Assembly (NCBI GenBank): GCA_036745245.1
Contig: DAIOGN010000002.1
Coordinates: 1-54,171, forward strand
Reading direction: 5' to 3'
DNA length: 54,171 nucleotides
Source of the DNA: Candidatus Zixiibacteriota bacterium
GTDB taxonomy: Bacteria > Zixibacteria > MSB-5A5 > JAUVRN01
Position numbers and translations under genes: made by a program. Shown one piece after another: positions 37,872 through 46,240 of the stretch. The notes beneath the pieces were generated by a model. That model saw nothing but the letters and a program-made list of their open reading frames with translations. It was not told the origin of the DNA and made no database searches. Positions within the stretch are counted from its first letter, which is position 1. Each line of letters starts with the position of its first letter.

Positions 37872-39233
37872 TCAGCGGGCCATCTCCTCCAGGAGGTGGG
37901 CGGAGGTGAGGATGCCCTTCTGATAGTCGTCGAGGGTGTACTTTTCGTTGGGTGAGTGCAGATTGTCGTCGTTCTGACCATACCCGATGAGAATGGTGTC
38001 GATGCCCAGCACCTTCTTGAATGTGGACACGACGGGAATGGTGCCTCCTTCGCGCGTGAAGAGGGGCGCCTTGCCGAAGCCGCGCGTGACCGCGCGGGTG
38101 GCCGCTTCCACGTAGGGGCCCACGATCGGCACCACAGAAGGAAACGCACCTTCGTACCGCTTCACCGTGACTTTGGCCGTGGTGGGCTTCAGGGTCTCGA
38201 TGAACTTCTCGAACAGATCAGCGATCTTCTCAGGATTCTGATTGGGGACGAGGCGCATCGACACCTTGGCGCCGGCCCAGGCCGGCAGCACCGTCTTGGG
38301 ACCTTCGCCCATGTACCCTCCGAAGATTCCGTTGATTTCGAAGGTGGGGCGGGCCCAGCGACGCTCGAGCGTGGAGAACCCTTCTTCGCCGAAGTGCGCA
38401 GGCACGCCGAGATTCTCGCGATCGGCCTCGTCGGAAAAGGGCACCTTGCTCATGAGATCGCGCTCCCTCTGATCGACAGCGAGCACGTCGTCGTAAAAGC
38501 CGGGAATCTGCACGCGTCCCCTGTCGTCCTTGCAGCGCGCCAGGATCCTGGCGAGCACTTCCGCCGGATTGGCCACGGAACCACCGTAGGCGCCGGAATG
38601 AAGGTCGCGGTTGGGACCGTCCACGCGGACCTCCAGGTAGGCGAGACCACGAAGCCCGTACGTGATCGCCGGCTGGTTGGGTCCGGCCATGGCCGAATCG
38701 GAGACAATCACCACGTCGGCCTTGAGCATCGCCGCGTTCTTGCGAATGAACTCTTCGAGGTGCCTCGAGGAAATCTCCTCTTCCCCTTCGATCAGTAGCT
38801 TCACGTTCACCGGCAGCTTCTGGTTCTGTTTGAGGTGCGCCTCGATGCCCTTCACGTGCGCATAGAACTGTCCCTTGTTATCCGACGAGCCTCGCGCGAA
38901 CAGTTTGCCGTTTCTGATCTCCGGCTGAAACGGAGGCGATTCCCACAGGTTGAGCGGATCGGGCGGCTGTACATCATAGTGCCCGTAGATCAGCACGGTG
39001 GGTTGGCGGGGGGCGCCGAGCCATTCGGCGTACACCAGCGGATGGCCGCCCGTCTCCATTTTCCTGGCCTCGAGCCCGAGGCTCTTGAAGTGCGCGGCCA
39101 GGTAGTCGGCGCACTTCTCGATGTCGCTCTTGTGCGCTGAGTCGGCCGACACCGACGGAAACTTCAACAGTTCCACCAGCTCGTCCACGTAGCGCTGGCG
39201 GTTGTTCTGAATGTAGGTGCTGACGTCTGACAC
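37872..39233 (-). CDS. M20 family dipeptidase (ArgE/DapE/CPG2-like)
   Basis: HYDVQP, SSDNKG, GEEE, SDS metal/catalytic motifs. GTG 39233 lies 7 nt after GAGGAG. The track ORF extends to 39329. Confidence 0.85.
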   Translation of the reverse strand: MSDVSTYIQNNRQRYVDELVELLKFPSVSADSAHKSDIEKCADYLAAHFKSLGLEARKMETGGHPLVYAEWLGAPRQPTVLIYGHYDVQPPDPLNLWESPPFQPEIRNGKLFARGSSDNKGQFYAHVKGIEAHLKQNQKLPVNVKLLIEGEEEISSRHLEEFIRKNAAMLKADVVIVSDSAMAGPNQPAITYGLRGLAYLEVRVDGPNRDLHSGAYGGSVANPAEVLARILARCKDDRGRVQIPGFYDDVLAVDQRERDLMSKVPFSDEADRENLGVPAHFGEEGFSTLERRWARPTFEINGIFGGYMGEGPKTVLPAWAGAKVSMRLVPNQNPEKIADLFEKFIETLKPTTAKVTVKRYEGAFPSVVPIVGPYVEAATRAVTRGFGKAPLFTREGGTIPVVSTFKKVLGIDTILIGYGQNDDNLHSPNEKYTLDDYQKGILTSAHLLEEMAR

Positions 39234-39392
39234 GTTTACACTCCTCGTCGAAAAAGCCGGCATCAACATAGCGTCCCGACCGGATTTGGGCAAGTCTGAG
39301 GCGGGGAAACCGTGTTGCCTGCCCTGCACGCGAAGCGTAGCTTAGGCTTCAGTTTGCGGTTGAAGGTTCACCTTCGGGGACGGGAGGATTCG

Positions 39393-40214
39393 TTGAATAG
39401 GAAGCGCTTGGCAAGACTCGTGATATGCATCGCCGTAGCGGCGACCATGCTTTCTGCTACCGACCGTGCCGTGGCAGCGGAGCTCACAGGCATGGGAGGG
39501 TATCAATTCGGCGGCCAGATCGAGACGTCGGAAGGCGACCTGGAGTTGAACGACGCGGCTGCGTTCTTAGCTGAGATCGAGTTTCCGCTCAAGTTCAAGA
39601 CGGGAACGAGCCTGATGCTGATGTGGGGAGTGCAACCCACCAACCTTCAGTTCGATGCATCGCCGCGAAAGGTAGATATTACGGTTCACTACTGGCACGG
39701 CGGATTGCTCTACAACCTGAGGACCGACAATCCGGCCCTGGTTCCATTTACGCAGGTGGGGCTGGGCGCCACCCAGTTGAATCCCTCAGACGGCGAGAGC
39801 GTTACGAAGTTCTCGTTCGCCTGGGGCGCCGGTCTCAAGTACGCCTTGAATCCCAAAGTGTCCCTCCGGTTTCAGGGGGAGTTGTACGCCACCATGCTCA
39901 CGAGTGATGCCTGGGTGGGAGTGGGTACGGGCGGAGCTAGCGTTGGTCTGGGGGGCAACGCACTGTTGCAGGGTGCCCTCATGGCAGGTGTGACCATCAA
40001 ACTCGGCGGAAAGAAGGGCAAGGAGCCTGCGCCGCCTCCCGCGTCCGAGCCGGCCCCGGCCCAGCCGGCTCCGGCACAACAGCCGCCTCCTCAGGAGCCG
40101 CCAGCGCAGCAGCCGCCCACGGAACAGCCGCCGGCCACGCAGCCTCCGGCCACCGAGCCGCCGGCCACCGAGCCGCCTGCAACGCAGACTACGGGGACGC
40201 CTCCGTCGCGATAG
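39393..40214 (+). CDS. Outer-membrane beta-barrel protein with a proline-rich C-terminal tail
   Basis: TTG 39393 after GGGAGG. Signal peptide. Alternating beta-strand pattern (WGAGLKYALNPKVSLRFQGE). Tail of PA/PP/EPPAT repeats. Confidence 0.7.
   Translation: MNRKRLARLVICIAVAATMLSATDRAVAAELTGMGGYQFGGQIETSEGDLELNDAAAFLAEIEFPLKFKTGTSLMLMWGVQPTNLQFDASPRKVDITVHYWHGGLLYNLRTDNPALVPFTQVGLGATQLNPSDGESVTKFSFAWGAGLKYALNPKVSLRFQGELYATMLTSDAWVGVGTGGASVGLGGNALLQGALMAGVTIKLGGKKGKEPAPPPASEPAPAQPAPAQQPPPQEPPAQQPPTEQPPATQPPATEPPATEPPATQTTGTPPSR
40023..40211 (+). repeat. Proline-rich low-complexity coding repeat (EPPAT/QPPAT units)
   Basis: CCGGCCACCGAGCCG-type 15-nt units are repeated. Encodes ...QPPATEPPATEPPATQ... 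Confidence 0.6.
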
Positions 40215-40269
40215 ACGTGTTCAGACCACCCCGATGGGTGGCATTGCAGAAGAATTGAATGTGTAAGAG

Positions 40270-40303
40270 CGGCCGCTTCTCAACGAGGAGCGGCCGTTTT
40301 GTT
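40270..40303 (+). terminator. Rho-independent terminator (overlaps the last codons of the convergent thiamine pyrophosphokinase gene)
   Basis: Stem CGGCCGCTTC / GGAGCGGCCG (10 bp, one G-U pair), 7-nt loop, then TTTTGTT. Confidence 0.65.
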
Positions 40304-40936
40304 GAGGAATCGATACACGAGCAGGCTTCCGGTTTTGAACGACACCCGTGCAGTGGCGACCATGAGTTCATTGGAGATGCCGTCGCGGCTCCCCATGATG
40401 AGGTCCACTCCTTCGAGCATGTACTTGAGTCCCGAAGTTCTCACGGCCGTTGCGCCGGGCGCGGGCACCAGCGAAATCCTGTCCCCTGGCTGACCCACGA
40501 TGTTGGTACTGGACGGGAAGGCCAGCGTGCCGTCGCCCTGGGCATCGTGCCACACGAACTCCGCCTTGCCGCGGTAGCGGATCATCATACTCACACCGTT
40601 TATCGTGTGATCGATTCGATCCCCCGAAGCGCACACGATCCCGATCTTCTTGGCCCCCAGCTCGAGCGCCAGGAGAACGGCCTTTTCCAGATCCGTGGTG
40701 CTCTGGTCGGTGGAACGGCGGGTCTTGTCGGCGCCCATCGATGCCAGAACTTCAGGCGACACGGAGTCCATATCGCCCACCACGAAGAGCGGCGAAAGCC
40801 CGGCCTCCTTGACTGCGGCGAGTCCGGAATCGGCGGCCAGACATGCTTCATAGCCGGCGGCACACTGTTGCAGGCGCTCGACGCCTACCGGGGCGCCACC
40901 CCCCACCACGAGCACCGATTGCACTTTGTCGTTCAA
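40280..40936 (-). CDS. thiN: Thiamine pyrophosphokinase
   Basis: 218 aa. VVGGG, VVGDMDS, STDQSTTDLEKA, C-terminal thiamine-binding beta domain. The TTG start overlaps the SSS transporter stop (TTGA). Confidence 0.8.
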   Translation of the reverse strand: MNDKVQSVLVVGGGAPVGVERLQQCAAGYEACLAADSGLAAVKEAGLSPLFVVGDMDSVSPEVLASMGADKTRRSTDQSTTDLEKAVLLALELGAKKIGIVCASGDRIDHTINGVSMMIRYRGKAEFVWHDAQGDGTLAFPSSTNIVGQPGDRISLVPAPGATAVRTSGLKYMLEGVDLIMGSRDGISNELMVATARVSFKTGSLLVYRFLNKTAAPR

Positions 40937-42366
40937 GTCCCCACCTCCCTTTCAGCGATTCTATGCAATGTGCCACCTTCCCGCCCCAGCAGCCAGATGA
41001 GAAGTGAAGTTCCCAGACCCACATAAATCCCCGGAACTGCAAACCACGAAGATGTGTGCCCCGCCCCTCGCACCAGCTCCCAGGTGAGCGCCGCGCCTCC
41101 GGCCAGCACGATGTTCAACAGAGCCGCGGACGGTTTGAAGCGATGCCTCGACGAAAACGTGGTGAGCACCGGCAAAAGCAGGGCCGGTGTGGACACGCTG
41201 CCCACGATGTACCAGAGACCCACCACCGACTGAAAGTAAAGCGCCAGCACGACGGCGAGCAGCGCCACCACCCAGAGCGCGCGTCGGGAATACGTAAGCC
41301 CCACGTCGGTGTTCCGCCGCGAGTCATTGAGCCACAGGTCTCGTCCCCCCGTCACGGCCGACACGAACATGTACGATTCCACGGTAGACATGACTACGGC
41401 AAAGAGCGTGATCCAGAAGAACCCCAGAAGCCCCGCGGGCAGGAAGTCCACGGCCAGCCGGGGAAAGGCGGAGACCGGGTCGTCCAGGTGCGTGTACAGC
41501 GCGGCGGCATACAGGCCGCATGTCGTGGTGAGCAGATCGAACACCAGCCAGAAGCACACCGACACCAGAATGCCGCGCCGGGCGGTGGCGTGGTCCTGCG
41601 CGGCGTAGCAGCGCTGGTAGAAGGCCGGTTCGATGAGAGTGGCCAGGGCGATGAAATACCACACTGCGATGTCGCCCCAGGCCTGACCGCCGGTCACCTG
41701 TTTGTGAGTAGCCGGCAGGCGATCCCACAGCGACCAAAGGGGCCCGGCGTCCAGCCAGAGTACGATGACCAGCACGATGAAGCCCGCGAACATGAGCGAG
41801 AACTGAATGAAGTCCGTCTTCAGCACGGCACGGAAACCGCCGCGGTACACGTATGCTACCGACAGGAGCGTGCCAAGCACCACGGACACGGGGAGCGGCC
41901 AGCCGAAGAGCATTCCCACCAGCACGCCGAGCATCAGTACGTACGCGGCGGGCAGCGAAGCCACGAACACCACGAAGGCGCCGGCGCGCGCCACCTTCGG
42001 CCCGTAGGCCGACAGCAGTTGGTCCGGCAGGTTGTAGTAGTTGGTCTTGCGTGCTTTGGAAGCGAGGAACACTGCGAACAGAAGCGCGGCCACATAGTAC
42101 GGCAGTCCGAACACGAACCAGTTGGCCAGGCCGTATGTGTACGAATACTCGCTCACGCCAAGGATGCCACCATACCAGGTGGTGACGAGCGTCATCACGA
42201 ATGCGGGAAGAGTGAGCCTGCGACCGGCGAGAAGGTAGTCGGCGGCGTCGGTGCTGCGCTTGGCCACCTTGAAGCCGAGGGCCGGCACCACGATCGCATA
42301 CGCCGCCACCACCAGCCAGTCGACCCAGTGCATGCGGGCCACGAGGCTCTCGGCCAGGGGATTCAT
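40933..42366 (-). CDS. Sodium:solute symporter (SSS) family transporter; predicted thiamine or thiamine-precursor importer (ThiV-like)
   Basis: 477 aa, ~13 TM helices. SSS N-terminal pattern DYLLAGRRL...TWYGG. The substrate is inferred from its operon position between a TPP-riboswitch-controlled receptor and the thiamine pyrophosphokinase. Confidence 0.8.
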   Translation of the reverse strand: MNPLAESLVARMHWVDWLVVAAYAIVVPALGFKVAKRSTDAADYLLAGRRLTLPAFVMTLVTTWYGGILGVSEYSYTYGLANWFVFGLPYYVAALLFAVFLASKARKTNYYNLPDQLLSAYGPKVARAGAFVVFVASLPAAYVLMLGVLVGMLFGWPLPVSVVLGTLLSVAYVYRGGFRAVLKTDFIQFSLMFAGFIVLVIVLWLDAGPLWSLWDRLPATHKQVTGGQAWGDIAVWYFIALATLIEPAFYQRCYAAQDHATARRGILVSVCFWLVFDLLTTTCGLYAAALYTHLDDPVSAFPRLAVDFLPAGLLGFFWITLFAVVMSTVESYMFVSAVTGGRDLWLNDSRRNTDVGLTYSRRALWVVALLAVVLALYFQSVVGLWYIVGSVSTPALLLPVLTTFSSRHRFKPSAALLNIVLAGGAALTWELVRGAGHTSSWFAVPGIYVGLGTSLLIWLLGREGGTLHRIAEREVGT

Positions 42367-42379
42367 GTGGAGCGTCTGC

Positions 42380-44971
42380 CTACCATTCCGTCCGCAGGCG
42401 CACGAACACGTTGCGCTCAGCCGCCGGCAGAGTGTACGGCACGCCGAAATAGGTGTACCCCGAACCGCTGTACAACTCGTTGGTGACGTTGTTCACCGCG
42501 CACTCGAGCGTCAGACGATTCACGATGGGAGCGGCGCCCAGTCGCACACCCAGCCTGAGGTTGAGCACGTTGTACCGGTCCATCGAGAGTGCAGCGTCGC
42601 CGGTCTGATCGAGCTGAATGCGACCGGCATACCGAAACTCTACGCCGCCGGTGAGTTGGACGCTTTTGCTGAACGGAACTTCTCCGTAAGCTCCCAGATT
42701 GACCAGCACCTGCGGGAAGCCCGCGATCGGGTTCCCCGCGTGATCGATGGTCTCAGTGCTCGCCACGGGCAGGTACACCGTGTCGCCGCCCGTCGGCGAA
42801 TTGAACACCGTGGTGTACTCGGTAAACGTCTCGAAATAATTATCCGACCAGGTGGCGTTCGCGGACAGTTCCAGCTCCCGGAGGGGCTTGTACTTCAGGA
42901 GTCCCTCCACACCGCGGTGGATCGATTCGCCTGCGTTTGTGCGAATGGGAAAGCCGTTCATGTCGAGCCCTCCCGCGGCCACGATCTCGTTGTCGAACCA
43001 CTGATAGAACCCATTGAGGTCGAAGAGCAGCCGGTCCTCCGTGTGGCGGTAGCCCAGATCCAGACTGGTCACCTCTTCAGGCTGCATGAACGGATCGGAC
43101 GCGGCGCCCGACACCGGATCGTAGGAGCCGAAGAATTGCGTGGGATCCTCGAGTTCATCGGGTCTGAAGATGTCGGTGTGCGCCGGCTCGTGTTCACTGC
43201 GCGCGGCATTGAGGTACACCGCGTCGGGCTCCGTGAACCTCCACAGCACTCCCAGGCGCGGCGACCAGGCGGAGTAATCCAGATCGTAGTTCACATTGCC
43301 GCGACTGTCGTGCCGCAACGAATAGCGTCGCCAGGAGTACTGCACGGCCAGCGAGAGGTGCCAGCGTTGTGCGAGTTGGAGGTTCTCCTCCACAAACGCC
43401 ACGGCGGAGGTGCGATACCCGTCGTAGCTGTAATAGTCCTGTCCTGCCAGAAACCCCGGTGGCGCAGGCTGAGCCGAGCGCACCTGGCCGAAGTGGTAGC
43501 CATGATGATAATCGAAACTGCCGCCGAACTGCAGCGTGCCTGCGCCGTGCGCCACCTTGAAGCGCGGTGCCATGCCGAAGAAGTCGTTCTGCACCCAGCG
43601 TTGAAGCACGGCGTTGTTGTATTGATTCACAGTAAACACCGTGTCGCCCGACGACAGGGTGTCGCGACGAAATGTGGACACTTCCACTTCATGCCACAGG
43701 GTGTCGCCGTACAAGGCCGAGTCCTGCACGAACTGAGTACCGGTAACCACGGTTTCGTAGTGGATGGGGTCGTAGGCGAGGCTGTCGCGCGTCTGGATCG
43801 ATCCGAGGCCCAGGTCGCCGAAGCTCGAATACGGCCAGCTCTGGATGTAGTAGCCGTCGCCCTTGATGTAGAACAGCGAGTTGGACAGGCTCCAGGTCTC
43901 AGAGATCTTCCAGTCGGTGAGCAGCTCGTAGTGCGGCTGGTTGAACGTATCGGTCTCGTCCTCGTAGGTGAGCGGATTGAACTTCCGGTCGGAAGCCAGC
44001 GTCACTGGATCGATTCCGTAATACGCCAGGTGGAGGTGTTCGGGTCCGCCATAGGCGTGGAAGCGATTGGTGAGTCCCTGGTCGTAACGAGCCACGCCCA
44101 CGAAGTAGCTCCACATGTCCGTCCACGACTGATCCCGGTAGCCGTCGGACGTGATGCTTGAATAGCGGCCGTACACGGCGTAGCGGCCGTCGATCAACCC
44201 CGAGTTGCCTTCGAGTTTGAACTTGTGGGTGTCATAGGAACCGCCTGCCAGGTCGAGCGAGAGCTTCGGCTCCTGGGTATAGGGCTGCGTCTCGATCGAC
44301 ACCACACCGCCCGCCGCCGACGCGCCGTACAGCGAAGCGCCCACGCCGCGCTGAATCTGGATGTCGGAGGCCGATTCGGACAGGTCGGGCATGTCCACCC
44401 AGTACCCCTGGTGCGGCTCGGGATCGTTCTGTGGCACGCCGTTGAGCAGCACGGAAATCCGGCGCTGGTCGAATCCCCGGATCTGAAGATAGCTGTAGCC
44501 CACGCCGTTCCCGGCATCCGAGTAGGCATAGGCCCCCGGCTGCTTGGCCAAAAGCATCGGTGCGTCTTCCACTCCGTGATCCCGCTCGATTTCTTCGCGT
44601 GTGAGGTTGGAGTGCGGCACGGCGTCAGTCTGCGACGACACACGCGTGGTGGTGATGACGACCTCTTCACCGGGAAGAACGATGGGATCCAGCCGCAGTT
44701 CGAGCGCAATGGCAAGGCCGGCGGTTTCCACCTCCTGTCGAACGGGCGCATAGCCCACATGGCTCACCGCCAGTGTGAAGCGACCATCGGACGCCAATTC
44801 AAAACTGAATTCCCCCGAATCATCGGTGGACGCCGCCTGCCCGGTTTCGACCAGCCGCACCGACGCCGCCGGAATGACTGCGCCGGACTCGTGATCGACA
44901 ACTTTTCCCGAAAGGACAACGGCTTGTGCCTGTAGAGGGAGGAGCGCCACAAGAAGAACACTTCGAAACAT
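42380..44971 (-). CDS. TonB-dependent outer-membrane receptor with a carboxypeptidase-regulatory-like N-domain; predicted thiamine receptor
   Basis: ATG 44971. Signal peptide MFRSVLLVALLPLQAQA. GKVVD...DDSGEFSF domain, plug, and a beta-barrel ending ...VFVRLRTEW. First gene after the TPP riboswitch. Confidence 0.9.
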   Translation of the reverse strand: MFRSVLLVALLPLQAQAVVLSGKVVDHESGAVIPAASVRLVETGQAASTDDSGEFSFELASDGRFTLAVSHVGYAPVRQEVETAGLAIALELRLDPIVLPGEEVVITTTRVSSQTDAVPHSNLTREEIERDHGVEDAPMLLAKQPGAYAYSDAGNGVGYSYLQIRGFDQRRISVLLNGVPQNDPEPHQGYWVDMPDLSESASDIQIQRGVGASLYGASAAGGVVSIETQPYTQEPKLSLDLAGGSYDTHKFKLEGNSGLIDGRYAVYGRYSSITSDGYRDQSWTDMWSYFVGVARYDQGLTNRFHAYGGPEHLHLAYYGIDPVTLASDRKFNPLTYEDETDTFNQPHYELLTDWKISETWSLSNSLFYIKGDGYYIQSWPYSSFGDLGLGSIQTRDSLAYDPIHYETVVTGTQFVQDSALYGDTLWHEVEVSTFRRDTLSSGDTVFTVNQYNNAVLQRWVQNDFFGMAPRFKVAHGAGTLQFGGSFDYHHGYHFGQVRSAQPAPPGFLAGQDYYSYDGYRTSAVAFVEENLQLAQRWHLSLAVQYSWRRYSLRHDSRGNVNYDLDYSAWSPRLGVLWRFTEPDAVYLNAARSEHEPAHTDIFRPDELEDPTQFFGSYDPVSGAASDPFMQPEEVTSLDLGYRHTEDRLLFDLNGFYQWFDNEIVAAGGLDMNGFPIRTNAGESIHRGVEGLLKYKPLRELELSANATWSDNYFETFTEYTTVFNSPTGGDTVYLPVASTETIDHAGNPIAGFPQVLVNLGAYGEVPFSKSVQLTGGVEFRYAGRIQLDQTGDAALSMDRYNVLNLRLGVRLGAAPIVNRLTLECAVNNVTNELYSGSGYTYFGVPYTLPAAERNVFVRLRTEW

Positions 44972-45057
44972 CGCCAGAACTCCGCGTTGGGCCCCGGAGG
45001 GCCGACAAAAATACCGTTCCAGCGCGGGAAACGGCATGCGGCAAGGCAATGTCCGTT

Positions 45058-45140
45058 CCGTTTCCTACGCTGGTATTACCCAGATCAGGTTCGAAGGGTG
45101 TGATCTCAGATGCCGTTCGCTTCGGCACCGACCCCTACGG
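45058..45140 (-). promoter_or_regulatory. TPP (THI-box) riboswitch aptamer
   Basis: Minus-strand read: CCGUAGGGGUCGGUGCC..GGCAUCUGAGAUCACACCCUUCGAACCUGAUCUGGGUAAUACCAGCGUAGGAAACGG. Contains the CUGAGA and ACCUGAUCUGG.UAAUACCAGCGUAGG cores, with a P1 stem CCGU/ACGG. A hairpin plus U-run (CCGUUUCCCGCGCUGGAACGGUAUUUUUG, + coordinates 45005-45035) follows as a possible expression platform. Confidence 0.9.
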
Positions 45141-45225
45141 AACAACGTCACGATATCCAATCCGGCCCCGCCTCACAAGGCGATTCGCTGGCACCGGAAC
45201 CCCTTCTCCAGTAGCTTGTGCGCCT

Positions 45226-46020
45226 ATGAGTTCCGAAACCAGGCAGTACGCCCGCTGCCTCGCTCGTGCGCAGGAAGTAGCCAAGGCCGCGGGCTGCAAG
45301 CTGCGCGCCGCTCAGAGCAGGAAGCCGGCCGTAGACTTCAAGGGAGCCATCGACCTGGTGACGGAGATGGATCGCAAAGTGGAGCGCTTCATCGCCTCGG
45401 AATTGTCGCGATCTTTCCCCGGATTCGACTTTCTGGCGGAAGAAGCACAGCGCAACGTGGCCACCGGGTCGGAGTTTCGCTGGGTGGTGGATCCTCTCGA
45501 CGGCACCACCAACTATGCACACGGTTTGCCGATTTTCAGCGTCTCCATCGCGCTCGAACACCACGGAAAGGTAGTGGTGGGCGTGGTATATCAGCCGGTG
45601 CTCAACGAGATGTTTGCGGCGCAGAAGGGCCGCGGAGCGCGCCTCAACGGCCGGAGAGTTTCGGTGTCCACACGGTCACACCTCCACCACAGCCTCCTGG
45701 TGACCGGGTTCCCTTACGACATGCACACCACGCGCGACGACAATCTGAAATACTTCAGGCGACTGTCGAAGCGCGCACGCGCGGTACGCCGCCTGGGCTC
45801 GGCGGCTCTCGACCTCTGCTACGTAGCTTGCGGCCGATTCGACGGCTACTGGGAGCTGAAGCTCGCACCCTGGGACGTTGCAGCCGGCTCGCTTGTCGCA
45901 ACAGAAGCTGGCGCGAGGATCACTACTATGGAAGGACGCCCGTTTTCAATGTACGGACGTTCCCTGGTGGCCGCTGGGCCACGCCTTCACGGTACCCTGC
46001 TTTCCTGCCTGCACGGCTGA
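45226..46020 (+). CDS. suhB: Inositol monophosphatase family protein (SuhB-like)
   Basis: ATG 45226. EEA, WVVDPLDGTTNY, and GSAALDLCYVACGRFDGYWE motifs. Confidence 0.85.
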   Translation: MSSETRQYARCLARAQEVAKAAGCKLRAAQSRKPAVDFKGAIDLVTEMDRKVERFIASELSRSFPGFDFLAEEAQRNVATGSEFRWVVDPLDGTTNYAHGLPIFSVSIALEHHGKVVVGVVYQPVLNEMFAAQKGRGARLNGRRVSVSTRSHLHHSLLVTGFPYDMHTTRDDNLKYFRRLSKRARAVRRLGSAALDLCYVACGRFDGYWELKLAPWDVAAGSLVATEAGARITTMEGRPFSMYGRSLVAAGPRLHGTLLSCLHG

Positions 46021-46240
46021 ACCCGCCCCGCCGAAAAGCGGCGGCAAGCTTCCCCCAACCATTTATTCCACTTGGATTTAGCTTGTATTACGGTTCTGTC
46101 ATTCGCCCGTCATAAAACCTACTCGCTGGCTCCTAACCTCGGGTCAACGGGGAGGGGTGTGTCTACCCCGTAACAGCAAATAGCCAAAGGGATTTGACGA
46201 AGAGTCACGGGCACAGAAACAGCGAATTCAGGAGAACACA

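Noticed and set aside
42251-44161. 636-aa + strand ORF, and 41056..42486 (476 aa)
   Set aside because: Antisense shadows of the thiamine-operon receptor and the SSS transporter, both of which have clear family motifs.
45036-46115. 359-aa + ORF, and the 44926 extension of the IMPase ORF
   Set aside because: They overlap the riboswitch and promoter region, and one is an alternative frame of suhB. The IMPase motifs begin after ATG 45226.
46021-46240. Looked for a cobalamin or other riboswitch upstream of the second TonB receptor
   Set aside because: There are only short hairpins (ACGGGG..CCCCGT). I could not recognise a B12-box or other conserved core, and I cannot exclude one without a covariance-model scan.
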